From contig NC_087436.1 of assembly GCF_036321535.1 (NCBI RefSeq), positions 4,650,001-4,714,000 of the forward strand: DNA of 64,000 nucleotides, in the 5' to 3' direction. The DNA comes from Camelus dromedarius. Lineage: Eukaryota. A model generated the notes under the pieces. That model had not been told where the DNA came from. It saw only the letters and a program-made list of their open reading frames with translations, and ran no database searches. Positions 1 to 12,954 of this stretch are shown here, one piece after another (within the stretch, counting starts at the first letter, position 1; the number at the start of each line of letters is the position of its first letter). Both the position numbers and the translations under genes were made by a program.

Positions 1-39
1 GAAGGGCAGGAGTTAATGGCTGTGTCTTGCCCTTTCAAG

Positions 40-173
40 GAAGGATTGCTGGATGTAGAGAAATTAGAGTGTGAGGATGAGCTGACCGGCACCGAGATCA
101 GCTGCTTACGTCTCAAGGGTCAGATGATCTACCTGCCTGAAGCGGACAGCATTCTCTTCCTGTGTTCACCAAG
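40..173 (+). CDS. GUCY1B1: GUCY1B1 internal coding exon (PAS/H-NOBA region), [44 protein letters not shown](S); gene begins upstream of the window
   Basis: Manual translation matches recalled sGC beta-1; tttcaag| acceptor, AG|gtaatc donor; 134 nt, phase 0 to 2. Confidence 0.97.
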
Positions 174-2710
174 GTAATCCTTTTTAGATTAATTATAATG
201 GTTGCAAGTACCCACTGTTAGCTAACAAAGGAATTCGGTGACATTTTATTCAGTCGGGTGCACAAAGTGTAACTAGATTTTACAGCTCTGTTAAACTTCT
301 CTCCATAATGAAGGTACTTTCATTTAACGTTTGTGATAAACTCGGAAGAAATCGTGAATTCTGTTTTATCTGCCATGTCTTAGCAATTTGCGGAGTGTTT
401 ATGCTATTAGATCAGGGGATGCCTGATCTGAAGTTAGTTAATTCTGTGGCTCCGTACCTCCCAGAGAGATGTCACATAGACAACTGATTCTATAAAGCAT
501 CTCGTACGATAGGTGAATATGTGGGTATATTTGGCACCCAAGAGATTACTTTTCTAATTATTTCTGGATTTAAACTTTTATATTAAAAATATTTAGCTAC
601 TTTAACAGAGATACACTATGCAAAATACACTATTAAGTTGAAATTTATTTAAATTATATTATTTATGGTAAACTCCAGAGGGAAATAAAACTGTAAGTTG
701 GTAGTTTCCCAATTTGACAAAGCGTTTTATTGAAAGATGCATAAGAATTCAGAGTTAGAAACCTGTATCGAAATTCACTTTAGGACAGCAGCAATACATA
801 ATTGTAAAACTCAGTGTTAGGTGATATTTTGTGAATTTATTACTTTGTATAACCGAAATCTGGGCACATTGTTCAGTAAACACTCGAGAAAGCATGTTTT
901 GGTGAGCTAGTGATTAAAAATTTAAAGTCCAAATGATCACTTTTTATTTGAAGATACTGTCTTAAAATTTCTGAAAAATCTAATAAATTTTGAAGCAACC
1001 TTCTTTAAAATTATAAATATAGTATTAAAGATTAGACTAATGATGGGTTTCTTCCCCCCTGAGAATATATATTATGGAAATAAAAGAGACAAAATTAGGG
1101 GACCCAAACTCTTTATGGTTTTTAAGCAATAACCTATGTGGCTGTCACTACATCTTCATCTGCTGTGTTTTTTCCTTCTGCCTCTTTCTTAGTTGAGCAT
1201 CAGCAGAATGACAGCTTCTCAACAGGGACAATTTCTGTTCATGGAGAAAAATGATTTCTTTAGAAACATAAGCAGGGAATCTGGAGTCTGTCTGCTAATC
1301 ACCACATGCAGAAATCGATTTCATAGAGACACACTCACAGCTTGATACATGCATGGGGCCTGCTCATGTGTATAGAAAATTTATACTCAAATTAACTAAG
1401 ACAGCAGCTAAAAGCAGTTTTACTTATAAAATAAATAATTCCAAGGTGATAGTTTAAATATAGGAGAAAAGTTAATAGCTCATTAAAATAATAAATAATA
1501 CATAAATTTTTAGAACAATGAGACTTATAATTTGATTAAGTTTTCTGTCTCCATATGAGCATATTTAACCATTCATTTTCATTTTAAGCTTATAATCATT
1601 TTTCCTCTGCTGCTGTCAGGTCTTGTGTACCATTTGGTGGGTGATCTGGCCTCTTTCCCGAGGGGTGTGTGTCAATTATAAACTCTTGGCTCATTTTATT
1701 TTTCTTCATTGGCATGCTAATTTTTGCCTTGATTTATGCACATTCCTGCTGAGAATGCATCACATGGAGACATTTTATTAATCCAAAATTCTTCAGTGAA
1801 GTCACAACTCCATTATGTTGCTTTAGAGAAATGATTATTGCTAATGACCAGACGTAATGACTTTGCATTTAACGAATTCAAGCCAATCATGTAACCGGAA
1901 GCCATTTTAGCCAAAGAATACATTTTTAGAAAGCAGTTAACTTTTCCCTTGCCAGATCTTCACTGAATCAATAAATACCATGTTCTAAAAATGACATAAG
2001 TTGCAAAAACACATACAGCTCAGCCAGAACAAATAATCTTTCCAATAAATGAGAAAAATTAGTCAAAAAAAAAATAAATAAAGAGAGTAGCAGAAGACAT
2101 CAGAGCCTGAAATGAGAAACACAGAAAAATACATGTTAGGAAGTCCTATGTAACGTCCCGTGGGAGATGGGCCACAGATCGCAACGTTTTAATCACTGTG
2201 TCTGAAGGAGAAAAGAGTCACAGAACCCATGAGGCAACAGTGAACGAGTTTCTCAAAACAAACTGTTATTGTCCCTGTTAAAGAGAGTAAAGATGGCTTT
2301 TCCTCCATCTCTCTGTAATGAGGGGAAAATGTGGCAACATCAAATGACAGCCTTGTGTTAAATGAAACCTGAGCAGATTCCACAGGGCAGTTTTTCACAG
2401 TATCTTTCCTTTTCTTTTTTTCTTTTGGATTGAAGTAGTCAGCTTACAGTCAGTTTCTCACAGCATCTTTCAGTTTCGGCTGAGGGCATCAGAAAGTGCA
2501 GCTTGGCCAGGGTGCAGGTCAAGTTCACTGCTCTATTTAGACATTCAAAAGAAGGGCGTCACATTCCTGCTGCTTCCCTCCAGTGTTTGGCTCCCCTTCA
2601 GCCCCGCCCTTTGACGGGTGGGGGACAGGGCTAGGCTCCACGGCGGCGGGCAGGGGTCGGTGCTGCCCGGGGACACCAGGGACTGACTCTGCCTGCTTCT
2701 CTGCGGACAG

Positions 2711-2908
2711 CGTGATGAACCTGGACGACCTGACGCGGAGGGGGCTGTACCTGAGCGACATCCCCCTGCACGATGCCACGCGGGACCTCGTGCTGCTGGG
2801 GGAGCAGTTCCGAGAGGAGTACAAGCTGACCCAGGAGCTGGAGATCCTCACAGACAGGCTGCAGCTCACCTTGCGGGCCCTGGAGGACGAGAAGAAGAAG
2901 ACAGACAC
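2711..2908 (+). CDS. GUCY1B1: GUCY1B1 exon (PAS end and coiled coil), [26 protein letters not shown]...EDEKKKTD(T)
   Basis: Within ORF 2583..2912; gacag| acceptor, AC|gtaaga donor; 198 nt, phase 2 to 2. Confidence 0.98.
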
Positions 2909-4416
2909 GTAAGAATGTCCCCTCGTGGGGAGGAAGTGCGTGGCTCTTACCCCCGTAGCCACCGGCTCTGCTGCTGGCGAGCGCAGGGTCAGACTCTTAA
3001 CCCTGTGGGTCTGGGCAGCAGGGGTCTCTTCCACATCACTTAACAGGGATTTTGTCCACAAGGATAAGTCAGTCTCAGTGATAAAGGGGCAAGGCTTCTA
3101 GTGTGACAAACCAAGTGGAAAGAACGTACACCAAAGCATCCCTCTGAAAGCCACTGGGACAGTTCAGATGCATAGATCAAGTCCAGCTCTCCGTGCACTC
3201 GCGTCTCACACGAGCGGGGTGGGGTGTCCTGAGCATCCTCTCTGTGCCCGGGGCTGGCCAGTGCTGAGGGGGGCACTGAACACGGAGCTTAGTTCGGATT
3301 GGCCGTTATATTATAAAAGATTGATTTTCCTGGACTTGCAGACCATTTTAGGGTTTGGCAGATGTGAATCTGACAGGCTGTAATGTCACCTGGGATGACA
3401 ACAACTCCATTTGTAATGTGCTAAAGGAACAAAAGTACCAAGATAGAGCTATTGTTTGTCTCTGAATGGTGGAGTCAATTGTGAAATATCGGGCAAGGAA
3501 CATTTAAGACAACATTTTATTTTCAAGTAACTCATTTAAACAAGTTCACATCCTTGGCCGCCTTGAGTATATTAAGTAAAGGCACTGAATCTCTGACTTT
3601 GATGGGAGGATCTTACCTAGGGCCTTGTGTGTTCATTTCTAACATTTCTGTAATAGGAAGTCACCTTGTTGGCGAGGTGAGCAGATGTCTCTTCCTGTAA
3701 GAACTGTGTCGCTGCTTGAACACCAGAACTTCGGAACCAGCTTCATTTTCTGCGCTGTTCTTGCTTAGATACGTGTGTTGTTGCCCATGGGTGGGGGAAC
3801 ATATACCTGTCAGCTGTTATCGGGAGCCTGGATGAAACCTTACCTGGCTTGCCCTGCCTTTGTATAATGCAGCTGGAAGCTGTGGTTCTTCTGACGCCAC
3901 TTGATTTTTCCTCATGACCTGAACCGAACCCCTTCATCTTTCCAGGTGTTTTGCAAATTTCCAAAAGGATATGGGATGGGGGCGGGCAACTCACATTCCT
4001 CCTACTTGTGAAAAAACAACACAAAATGTTATATTAGTACGTGGTATAGCTCCATCCGTGAAGAATAACACATATATGGAGCTCATCAGGTAGTGTGTAG
4101 GACTAAGGCTCACAGGGCACATGGATTTGGAAGGCTGAGTTACTCAGGGCCCTGCTCGGGCTGTTATATTAAAAACCACCTCGGTTTCATTTTTTGTTCA
4201 AGGTGATTTAATTCTAAACACTGACTCATCATTTTTGTTGAAACGGAATTGTTCTACTGCCCACATTTAATATTCAAATACAGCTCCCAAATCTTTCATA
4301 AAATGTTCTCTGTTTGAAAGTTAGAAATGGACTGGAGACAAGCCACTGAATCTAGGAACCACAGGCGCTCAGCTCCGTTGGGCACATTGAAAACCGGCAC
4401 TGGATGCTTGGGCTCA

Positions 4417-4588
4417 GGGAGGGAGGGGCCTCGGGGAGGGAGGGGCTGCGGCAAGGGAGGGGGCGCAGGGTGGGATGGGACTGGGGGGAGGAGGCGCAGT
4501 GAGGGAGAGGTTGTGGGAGGGAGGGGGCTCGAGGAGGGAGAGGCGCGGAGAAGGGAAGAGGCGCAGGGAGGCAGGGGCCCAGGGGTGT
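4417..4588 (+). repeat. G/purine-rich low-complexity tract
   Basis: Many GGG(G) runs separated by A or short spacers. Confidence 0.85.
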
Positions 4589-5218
4589 CATTTGTCCCTC
4601 GGGATCGTCTGGTCCGGGGTCGTCGTCTGAAGCCGGTGGTTTCTGTCCAGCGCCCACCCTTGCCCTGCGGTGCTTCCTCTCTGGTCCCCTTGGCACAGCC
4701 CTGGTGCCATCAGTGTGGTCCCGGGTTGTCAGTGGAAACGACTGTCTTGCCTAGACTGTTTGCACCTGCTTTCTCTGTGTCCTGCCTGGGGTTGAGGCAC
4801 GAGGGAGCCAGGGGGTGGGGAGGGGACCTGCTTCTATTAGTGTTGAATGAAGGACACGTGAAGGATCCTGGCACCTGAGAGGCCGCGTGCTCCGGCTGGT
4901 GGTTCCCACAGCCCACAGGGGGCTGTGCGAACAAAGATGCTCTCGCCCGCGAGTGTCGCTGTGGGAGGGCCCAAGTCCGGGACCGCAGATGCAGCTTTGA
5001 CTTCTGCTGTCCGTCCTTTATCTTGTCTCTCTGCTTGTTGGCTTATTCTGATTCGGCTTGAATGCATTTGGATTTGGGGCCGTTTCCTGTGATTCAAACC
5101 AAGTATTCTTTTTTACATTGTCTGTCCCCGACTCACACGTGTGGCTGCTCGGGCGTCCTGGGGGCGCAGGGCGTGGGCCGGCCCTCGGCCCCCTCACGGC
5201 CTGTCCTGCCCCCAACAG

Positions 5219-5456
5219 GCTGCTGTACTCTGTCCTCCCTCCGTCCGTGGCCAACGAGCTGCGACACAAGCGCCCCGTGCCTGCCAAGAGGTACGACAAC
5301 GTGACCATCCTCTTCAGCGGCATCGTGGGCTTCAACGCCTTCTGCAGCAAGCACGCGTCCGGGGAAGGCGCCATGAAGATCGTCAACCTTCTCAACGACC
5401 TCTACACCCGCTTCGACACCCTGACGGATTCCCGGAAAAACCCCTTTGTTTACAAG
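5219..5456 (+). CDS. GUCY1B1: GUCY1B1 exon (start of cyclase domain), [38 protein letters not shown]...KNPFVYK
   Basis: Within ORF 5058..5597; caacag| acceptor; ends at non-canonical AAG|gcaagt donor; 238 nt. Confidence 0.97.
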
Positions 5457-6471
5457 GCAAGTGGGGTCCCCGCCCGCCCTCCGGGCGCCCTTCTGGATTC
5501 TGGGTTTTCAGGCCCGGCTCCCAGGCGCTGCCCGGAGCCCCGCAGTCTCGCTGCAGTCAGCTCGCAGGCCGTGGCTATTTACCATTTTCTTAAATAATTA
5601 CCTCTTGTTCTAAAACACTCCCTTCCTCGTAACCAAGACGGATGGCGCAGACGCTTCCCTAGTTAAAATAAAATGTTCAGCAGCTTACGTGCGATGACAC
5701 GAGTAAGTCCATGCAGGTGGTTTATCCCGCGTAACGTAAACATAGCACTGGCTTCGGTGCTCTGCGAGAGACGTTTTTACTGAAATCTATAAATGATTTG
5801 GACGGTAAAAAAGTCGGGGAGCCTGAGGAGGGTCCTGGGGACTCAGACCTGCTTTCACGTAGCATCAGCTTGAAGACAAACAGTTCTAAGGCCTCTCTGC
5901 CCTTTGTTTCAATTGGAAACAAATATGATCTTGGAAAAATGAAGTCAGTGGAATATTGCCTCATAAAGGCAAGAGTGCACGCTGCAACACCCCCAGGCAT
6001 CTGGAGGCATGTGAGCGCCGCGGGGCGTATTTATTTCATAGACCTCTTCTGAGCTCCAGTGTCACACTTGGTGAGCACATCATATAAATAAACGGCTAAT
6101 GACCAGGATAAATCACTGAACTTCAGGCAGTGCCTCTTGGGCCCTTCAAACCATCCCTGTTTTAGGGGGAAATAGGATCATAAATTGTTCTACTGGATTG
6201 GAAGGGTATCTGAGGTGAGAAACCAGGGCTTCCTGGAGGAGAAGTAATGCTGCGTCTGCACCTGCCTGTAATCAAGGATCTCGAGTGCCAGGTGTGAAAT
6301 TTCAAATAAGGACGAGGTTGCTTCCTGTTGGAGCTGAATGTATCAGATTCACGGGAGGGGAGTTTATAAAGTTACGGATAGCATTGGAAAGATGCTCTGT
6401 GTATCAGGATAGCAAATGAAGCTGTCCTGTTGATAACTACCTGATGCACGTGTAAGTGTCTGTGCTCTTAG

Positions 6472-6612
6472 GTGGAGACCGTTGGTGACAAGTACATGAC
6501 GGTGAGTGGTTTACCAGAGCCCTGCATACACCACGCTAGGTCCATCTGCCACCTGGCCTTGGACATGATGGAAATCGCTGGCCAGGTTCAAGTAGATGGT
6601 GAATCTGTTCAG
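6472..6612 (+). CDS. GUCY1B1: GUCY1B1 exon, [47 protein letters not shown]
   Basis: Manual translation, class III cyclase [10 protein letters not shown] motif; ctcttag| and CAG|gttagt; 141 nt. Confidence 0.98.
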
Positions 6613-7095
6613 GTTAGTACAAAATAGACATCATAACGGTGGTGGTAGACCTTGTCAGACAACTGATTTATATCCTTGATCAGATAATCGTTAATGATGT
6701 ACAAGGAAGAGCATCTTGCCAATGAAGACTGATGTTTTATTGAAGCCACTGTATTGTGTTCTTCCATAGAAATGGAAAATCTTTCCGCCTATCTGAAATT
6801 ACCTAGTTTATTTCATGTGCTGAAAGTCATGAGGATGAGATAAAACCTCCTATCGCTTCTGTTTTTTTTTTTTTAATTTCTTCTCTGTATCTCATATTAA
6901 GTTACCAGATTCTTATCTTTGAAAGCTTCAAACTTTACAGAAAGTCTTGAAAGACAGATTTCGTGAGGGTCTTTGATTCTGTCTAATATATGTGGAATTC
7001 TTGCGGTTTTCATATGATGACATTGTTCCATAATATAAAGTAAGCAAAGAATTTGTGTCGCTGGCGTCACTGAAGCAAAGCTTTGGTCTCGACAG

Positions 7096-7250
7096 ATAAC
7101 AATCGGGATTCATACGGGGGAGGTGGTTACTGGTGTCATCGGGCAGAGGATGCCACGGTACTGTCTTTTCGGAAATACTGTCAACCTCACGAGCAGAACA
7201 GAAACCACTGGAGAAAAAGGAAAAATAAATGTGTCTGAATATACATACAG
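7096..7250 (+). CDS. GUCY1B1: GUCY1B1 exon, [51 protein letters not shown](R)
   Basis: Guanylate cyclase signature [12 protein letters not shown]; gacag| and AG|gtaaga; 155 nt. Confidence 0.98.
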
Positions 7251-7583
7251 GTAAGAGAACACATCCTCGGATTTACTGACTTGAGAAATGCCCCGTTGCC
7301 CATGGTTTGACTCCCTGAGGGGTTTTATTTCCTCTAACAGTGATCACCTCTGCTCCTAGGATGACATTTCTTATTTGAGAAGATTGTGCCATTACTTCCA
7401 TTTTAAATGGTTCTACATTGTCTTAGGAATCTCTGATATGATCATTGTTACTCAAAACTTGAGGTCCCTTCAGATAACTTCAGTGGGTGTCCTGACCGTC
7501 TCAGTTTATAACTTCGGTAGATGTCACTTCCCCATAAGCCACACTCCACCCACCTCTCCCTGCCCCTGTCCCCTGTCTTTCAG

Positions 7584-7710
7584 ATGTCTTATGACACCAG
7601 AGAATTCAGACCCACAGTTCCACTTGGAGCACAGAGGCCCAGTGTCCATGAAGGGCAAAAAGGAGCCAATGCAAGTTTGGTTTCTTTCGAGAAAAAACAC
7701 AGGACCAAAG
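7584..7710 (+). CDS. GUCY1B1: GUCY1B1 penultimate coding exon, [42 protein letters not shown]
   Basis: Within ORF 7375..7716; tctttcag| and AAG|gtatga; 127 nt. Confidence 0.97.
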
Positions 7711-8687
7711 GTATGACTAATCAGAGGGTAATTCCTTCTTTGAGGGCAGAGTATAAATATGGGTGGCTAAATCTTAATCATTGAAAATATGTTGCCTTTG
7801 AAAAGAGTTCTTGCTTCCACGAACCCTTAAGTGAAGCAGCGGAAGCACTGATTCATTAACGAGCTGGTGAGAACAATGCAGAGATCCCAGGGGATTCTTG
7901 GTGGTTGCCGGCTTTTGTCCGCTAATGAATTAGAACCCAGAGCGCTAGATGGAGAAGACCTGTCTTCTGTTCTGAAGACTCAGATCCTTCCAAGGGCCAT
8001 GCTGTCCCCCGGTGGAATGTTTGGGGGTCTTGGACATGCTAGTCCCTCGTGTGTTTTTCCTCGAGAGACAAGTGATGTGTACTGTTCCAGAGTCCATGTG
8101 ATTTCCGTAGGGAAGCTCTCGGTTCATGCTAGAGCTGACCCCAGCCAGAACGCGTGTGCTCGAGGGGCTGGGAACACTGGGGCTCCCCCTGGAGTCCTGG
8201 GACCACAGTGGGTGGCTCCGGACCCTGAGGTCCTGCCCCGCCTGGTTCCCATCACCCTGGGTTGGGTCAGAAACAAGTTTGATACTTTGTCCCCGGATTG
8301 ATGTATTGGTTCCGTAGAGGCAGGGGGGCTGCTTGGTTTTCTCTCTTTTCCTGGATATATGCATTCCCTCAGAATGCTTTCAGGGTAGAAGTCCTAAAAG
8401 GAATGGAATGCCAAGTTTTAAAATATTTATCTTTATCTTCTTTGCACTGTTTTCCCTTTAAATAGCAGTCCTGGCATGCTTACTGGTGTCCTTCTAGGTT
8501 AAACCCTACCTCAAGTGCCGCTCCTTCACTTGGTGCCTGTTTCCTCCAGCATCAGGGTGGGAATGACCTAGAAGAACCGTAGATAGGAATGCAGATCGCG
8601 CTTGTTTAGAAAGGAAATATTTTGGGGGAGTTCGAGAAGCTTTATCATCACTAGAAATTAATCGCGTATTTCTTCCACTTTTTAAAG

Positions 8688-8711
8688 GAGACAGAGCAGG
8701 ATGACGACTGA
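8688..8711 (+). CDS. GUCY1B1: GUCY1B1 last coding exon, ETEQDDD-stop
   Basis: Pyrimidine tract tttcttccactttttaaag| then GAG ACA GAG CAG GAT GAC GAC TGA, like the recalled human C-terminus ETKQDDD. Confidence 0.93.
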   Translation, partial: ETEQDDD

Positions 8712-9824
8712 ATCTTGGACCACGGGGCGAAGAGGACGGAGGTGGGGTTATCCCCACATGACACACGCCAGTCCTAGGGACAGCCGTCCCCTCTGTCCTT
8801 CTCAGTTTTCCCAAGCCTTTCTCCTGGGTGTATCTTTCACTGTTCATTATTCAATTTCAGCTCTGCTTTTGATAATTTTCAAGGTTTAGTATATTACGCC
8901 TTTAGATGTGGACGATGTGAGCTTCACGTGTCTTAAAATCTACTACAGGCATCACCTGCCGTGGTGATTTGCAAGTCGTAGGCACCCAATAGATACTCGA
9001 TGAATTTAATGACGTGAAACTGAACAGTATTTGGCCATGAGCAGTTACACCGTGGTTTTTCCAAATCTGTTGAGTGCTGTCTCTAGATATGTGTATGTAA
9101 ATTTTAATGACAATAACATATAAAAAAGTTCTATCGTGTCGGTGTATATCATTAGAGAAGTCATTTTCTAAAAGAATGAATTCACAATTTTAGAGAAAAA
9201 AAGTGGTTTATTTTCAGACTCCTCAAATAAGAATGAATGTAACCGTGCTGAGAACATGGGGACTGTTTTGAATTGTGCAGACTTTGCTTCAGACAGAGAC
9301 AGCACACTTCTCTGGGACTAAGATGTTTGGTTACTCACTCAGATCACGTGGTGATTATCATCGCTCTAGAATGCTGTCATTTGCATCGTGTTCCTTGTAT
9401 TACGACTCTCAGTAAACCACACACAGCTGTTACAGGGAGCGGTGCTGTTTCACAATGAGCTGTTATGGCAGTTTGGGATACGTTTTAGGGCTCCAACCAC
9501 AGCCAGGGATAGCTCTGGGAAGAATGCTGGGTTTCCCTGGCCTTTTATTTCCAGAAATGAGCTCCTTTCCCTTCGCTTACAAGAATGTGATTATATCCAG
9601 GGCATCAGGTTCAGAAAAGTGACTTTAATTTTGACATAGAATGCATTCCTGTTGGAATCATTGGCCCATTGTCCTTTCTCTCTCTGATAATTTATTCATA
9701 GCCATCCTTCTGAAATCAAGTACAGCTACTTTTGTGTAAAGATGTCTGTCTTGAATTTGAGTATCTCCCATCAGCACACTGACATGTGTGTACATGTTCC
9801 GTGTTCATGCGTAAGAGAACCTGC

Positions 9825-9830
9825 AATAAA
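9825..9830 (+). terminator. Probable GUCY1B1 polyadenylation signal AATAAA (3' UTR about 8712-9850)
   Basis: AATAAA about 1.1 kb after the stop, TGTA upstream, T/GT-rich sequence downstream. Confidence 0.7.
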
Positions 9831-10732
9831 TTATTTTTTCCACTTGTCTCTGGATGGTTTTTAATTCAATACAAATGATATTCAAGTTCTCATTGAGCAT
9901 TTGATCAGTGCCATTTTTGTAAGTCCACTTTATAATTTTAACAAGTGTCAACTTGAATGTTGCTTCCCCGCTGCTGTTGATACAGTTGAACGCCGCCTCT
10001 TCACCGAGCATCTTCTGAAGCGTTTTTCTTTGGTACCAACAAAGTGACAGGAGGAGACTGGACCTGGAGGGATGGACACGCGGATAAACGTAAAGTGATG
10101 CCAGCTCCTGAAAAGTGCCTAGTCTTTTAGGGGTGGAAGACCTGTATAGAGATAACTAAAGTGTCTGATATGGTGATAAAACATTCTCCAGACACAGAAA
10201 AAAGATGTAGAGAATGAGAACCAGGTGGGATGGGAAGGAGGCGGCAGGGGTCCCCTGGATTTTATGATGGTTTAGTTTAAAGGTGAATTAATGGAGCGGA
10301 AGCAGTCTAGAAGCCTGCACTCCGTGTCTGGGGAGTGTGCATCGCTCTAAATAAACTTGCTTTCCCTTTCCTGTGCCTGACTCTTGAATTCGTTCCGTCA
10401 AGAAGCTACTCTCTGGCAACATTTCTGCCAATGGGGCAGGTTTAGTGGTGCCTAATGTGGATACACGGTGCTCATTGCCGGGAGAGGAGGCCAAAGGGCA
10501 GAGAAAGCTTTTCACGGTTAAATTTTTCATGTCTTGCCATAAAATACGGGTTTTATCTCACAGGTAGGAATTTATCAGGTTGAATTGATACATGTACATG
10601 TTTTTTAGATTTTACAGTAGAATAGCAATTTATACACGAACACAGGTATATTTCGGAACCAATTTCTTATTTCATCTTATTAGAATCTGTGATTGTTTCA
10701 CCAGATGACATGTTCTGTTGGCCACTGAAAGG

Positions 10733-11470
10733 TGTGATGCTGCGATTTAGAATGAGAAATACATAGATTTGGTCTTAGTCTGCATCTTCAGTTCTAGCTC
10801 AGGGCTCCTAAAACCCTAGGAATTTCCTCAGTGATGAAAATGACAGTGTCTTTTGCGTTGATGAGGTGGTTCGGGGGCTGCACTTGGGGGTGCGGGTTCC
10901 CAGGAGAACCCACCTTGAGATTAGAGGGTTGGAACTTTCAGTCCCACCCTGACCTCTGACATCTGGGAGGGAAGAGGGTCTGGAGGTCAAATTGTTGCCA
11001 ATAGCCAATGATTTAATCAAACGGGCTTCTGTAGTGAGGTTTCCGTAAACCCTGGAAGGTTGGGAGAGCTTTCGGGGTGGGGAACACGTGGAGATGCAGG
11101 GACAGAGGTGTGCCCAGGGGGCGGGGCCACGAGCTTCCTCCCTCTGGCTTTCCTTTTATGACAAGCTGATCATCTAGTAAGCCAAAGGGCTCTTTGCGTT
11201 GGTGATCCGCTCTAGCAATTTAATCGGCCCCAAACAGGGAGTTGGGGGAACCTTAGCTCTATTGCCAGCTGGTCAGAAGCACAGGTGACAACCTGGCCTT
11301 GCCACTGAGCTCTGACAGCCTTGTAGGACTGAGCCCCACCCTGAGGAATCAGGAGCTAGCTTTGCATAGATGGTGTCAGAATGGAGCTGAACTGGAGGAC
11401 ACCAGGTGGGGTCCTGAGAATTGCTTTGTGGTTGGGGGGGGAACACTCTACATAATACATGGGTGCAGAA
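10733..11470 (+). mobile_element. Solo LTR, MER21-like (ERVL)
   Basis: Begins TGTGAT; ttagagggttggaactttcagtccca and ccaatagccaatgatttaatcaa resemble recalled MER21. Confidence 0.7.
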
Positions 11471-12749
11471 TTCTTAAAGGGGAAAAATAATCCCTTACCT
11501 GCTTCTCTTTAGAGGTCTCTTTGCTGCCCCGATGAGTGGCTCTGGGAGCCTCTAGAGGGCAGCAGAGAACGCTGCTTATTATCTAAGGGGTGGGGGGAGC
11601 GGGGGAACGGGGAACAGGGTCTACCCTGGAGGTGCAGCTCAGTACCCTGGCTGTCAGCTGAAGACCCTTCCTGTCCTTCCTGTGTGCAGTCTTGAGTTTA
11701 TCCCTCCACTCTCCCCTATGTTCGAAGAACTGTCAGGAAAATAGTTGTTTCTAACCTGATAGACATTAAACATTTGCATACTGCAAAATCTGTTCACACA
11801 TATCCTGTTCAGAAATGTCACCCAGATTTTTCCTGCTAATTCTGGAGGAAGCTGTGTACATTGGTTAAAACAGATAATTGGTAACAGAAGCTGTAATTCT
11901 GTACAGAACTATTATAGACAAACTAAGTTGCATCTAGCTCTTGCTGAAAGCTGTCAAATACACGTGAGAAAGCACTGCTTATTCACAAGGAGAAAACTGG
12001 AAAGCCCCATGTTTTGCATTAATAAAAAATGCACTTGAATGATTCGTTCTTGCGACTTCTACTCTATCGAAGAGAGGAAATAGTATAGGATAAATTAACA
12101 AAACAAAAAAAATCACTGTACAGTCGGGAACTGGAATCCAGTCCCGGCCAAAAACCCAAACTTGCGTCCTGACAAGTCATTGGACCCTTTAGGATCCAGT
12201 TTCCTAACCAGTGAAAAGGAGCAGGACCAGACGATTATCTAAAGTTAATCCTTGCCCTCAAATTCCATCATTCCTTGGGTGAGCATTTCAGGGCAGGGAT
12301 ACTATGACTTTGGACTGGACCTTTGGGAATTCTGAGACACTCTGAAGTCTCGGCTGGACTCTTTTTAACAGTCGAGGAACAATGAGTGGATGAGCTGAGA
12401 GATTTTAAAGCGAACGCCTACGAAATACACCACTCTGAGGCAGACACCTGGTGAGGACTTTTGACTTAAGCTAAAATCAGAATGACTAGGTCGTATTAGG
12501 ATGTAAGAGTCTTGCTGTATGTGTTTCTATTCAACATCAGCCCTACAACATTTATCTAAGTACGTTACTCACGTTCAAATCCTCGAATAAAGAGCTGTGT
12601 TTTCGATGCACAAAAAAAAGGGGAGAAAATGTACCTCTCTTTCAAGCAGTAATCCTTTTGAAGTGAAAATAACCCCTTAAACACTGAAGACAGCAAGTAT
12701 CAGTGAGTGTGACATGTAAATGCTTTTATTATTCAATTAAAAAAAAATT

Positions 12750-12872
12750 GGCGGAAGGGGGAGCAGGGAGGTAATTGAGTTTATTTGTTTCTGGAGGAGA
12801 TGCTGGGGGTTGAACCCAGGACCTTGTGCGTGCTGAGCATATGCTCTACCACTTGAGCTATAATGTCTTCCC
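12750..12872 (-). mobile_element. tRNA-derived SINE, camelid Vic-1-like
   Basis: Reverse complement tatagctcaagtggtagagc...gtcctgggttcaaccccc (A and B boxes) with A-rich tail. Confidence 0.85.
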
Positions 12873-12954
12873 TAATGCTTTTATTATTACTAATAAAACG
12901 TATTGCCCACTTTGTGTCAACTTACAAAATATTTCCCATGAAATAAAGAATTCC

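Noticed and set aside
2537..3061. 174-aa antisense ORF, and others around 5018-5593
   Set aside because: Shadow frames of GC3-rich GUCY1B1 exons, which lack stops on the opposite strand
4327..4878. 183-aa Gly/Arg-rich ORF
   Set aside because: Product of the G-rich low-complexity tract; no recognisable domain
8685..8690. NAGNAG acceptors AAGGAG (GUCY1B1 last exon) and CAGGAG (ASIC5 exon 5)
   Set aside because: A distal GAG is rarely selected
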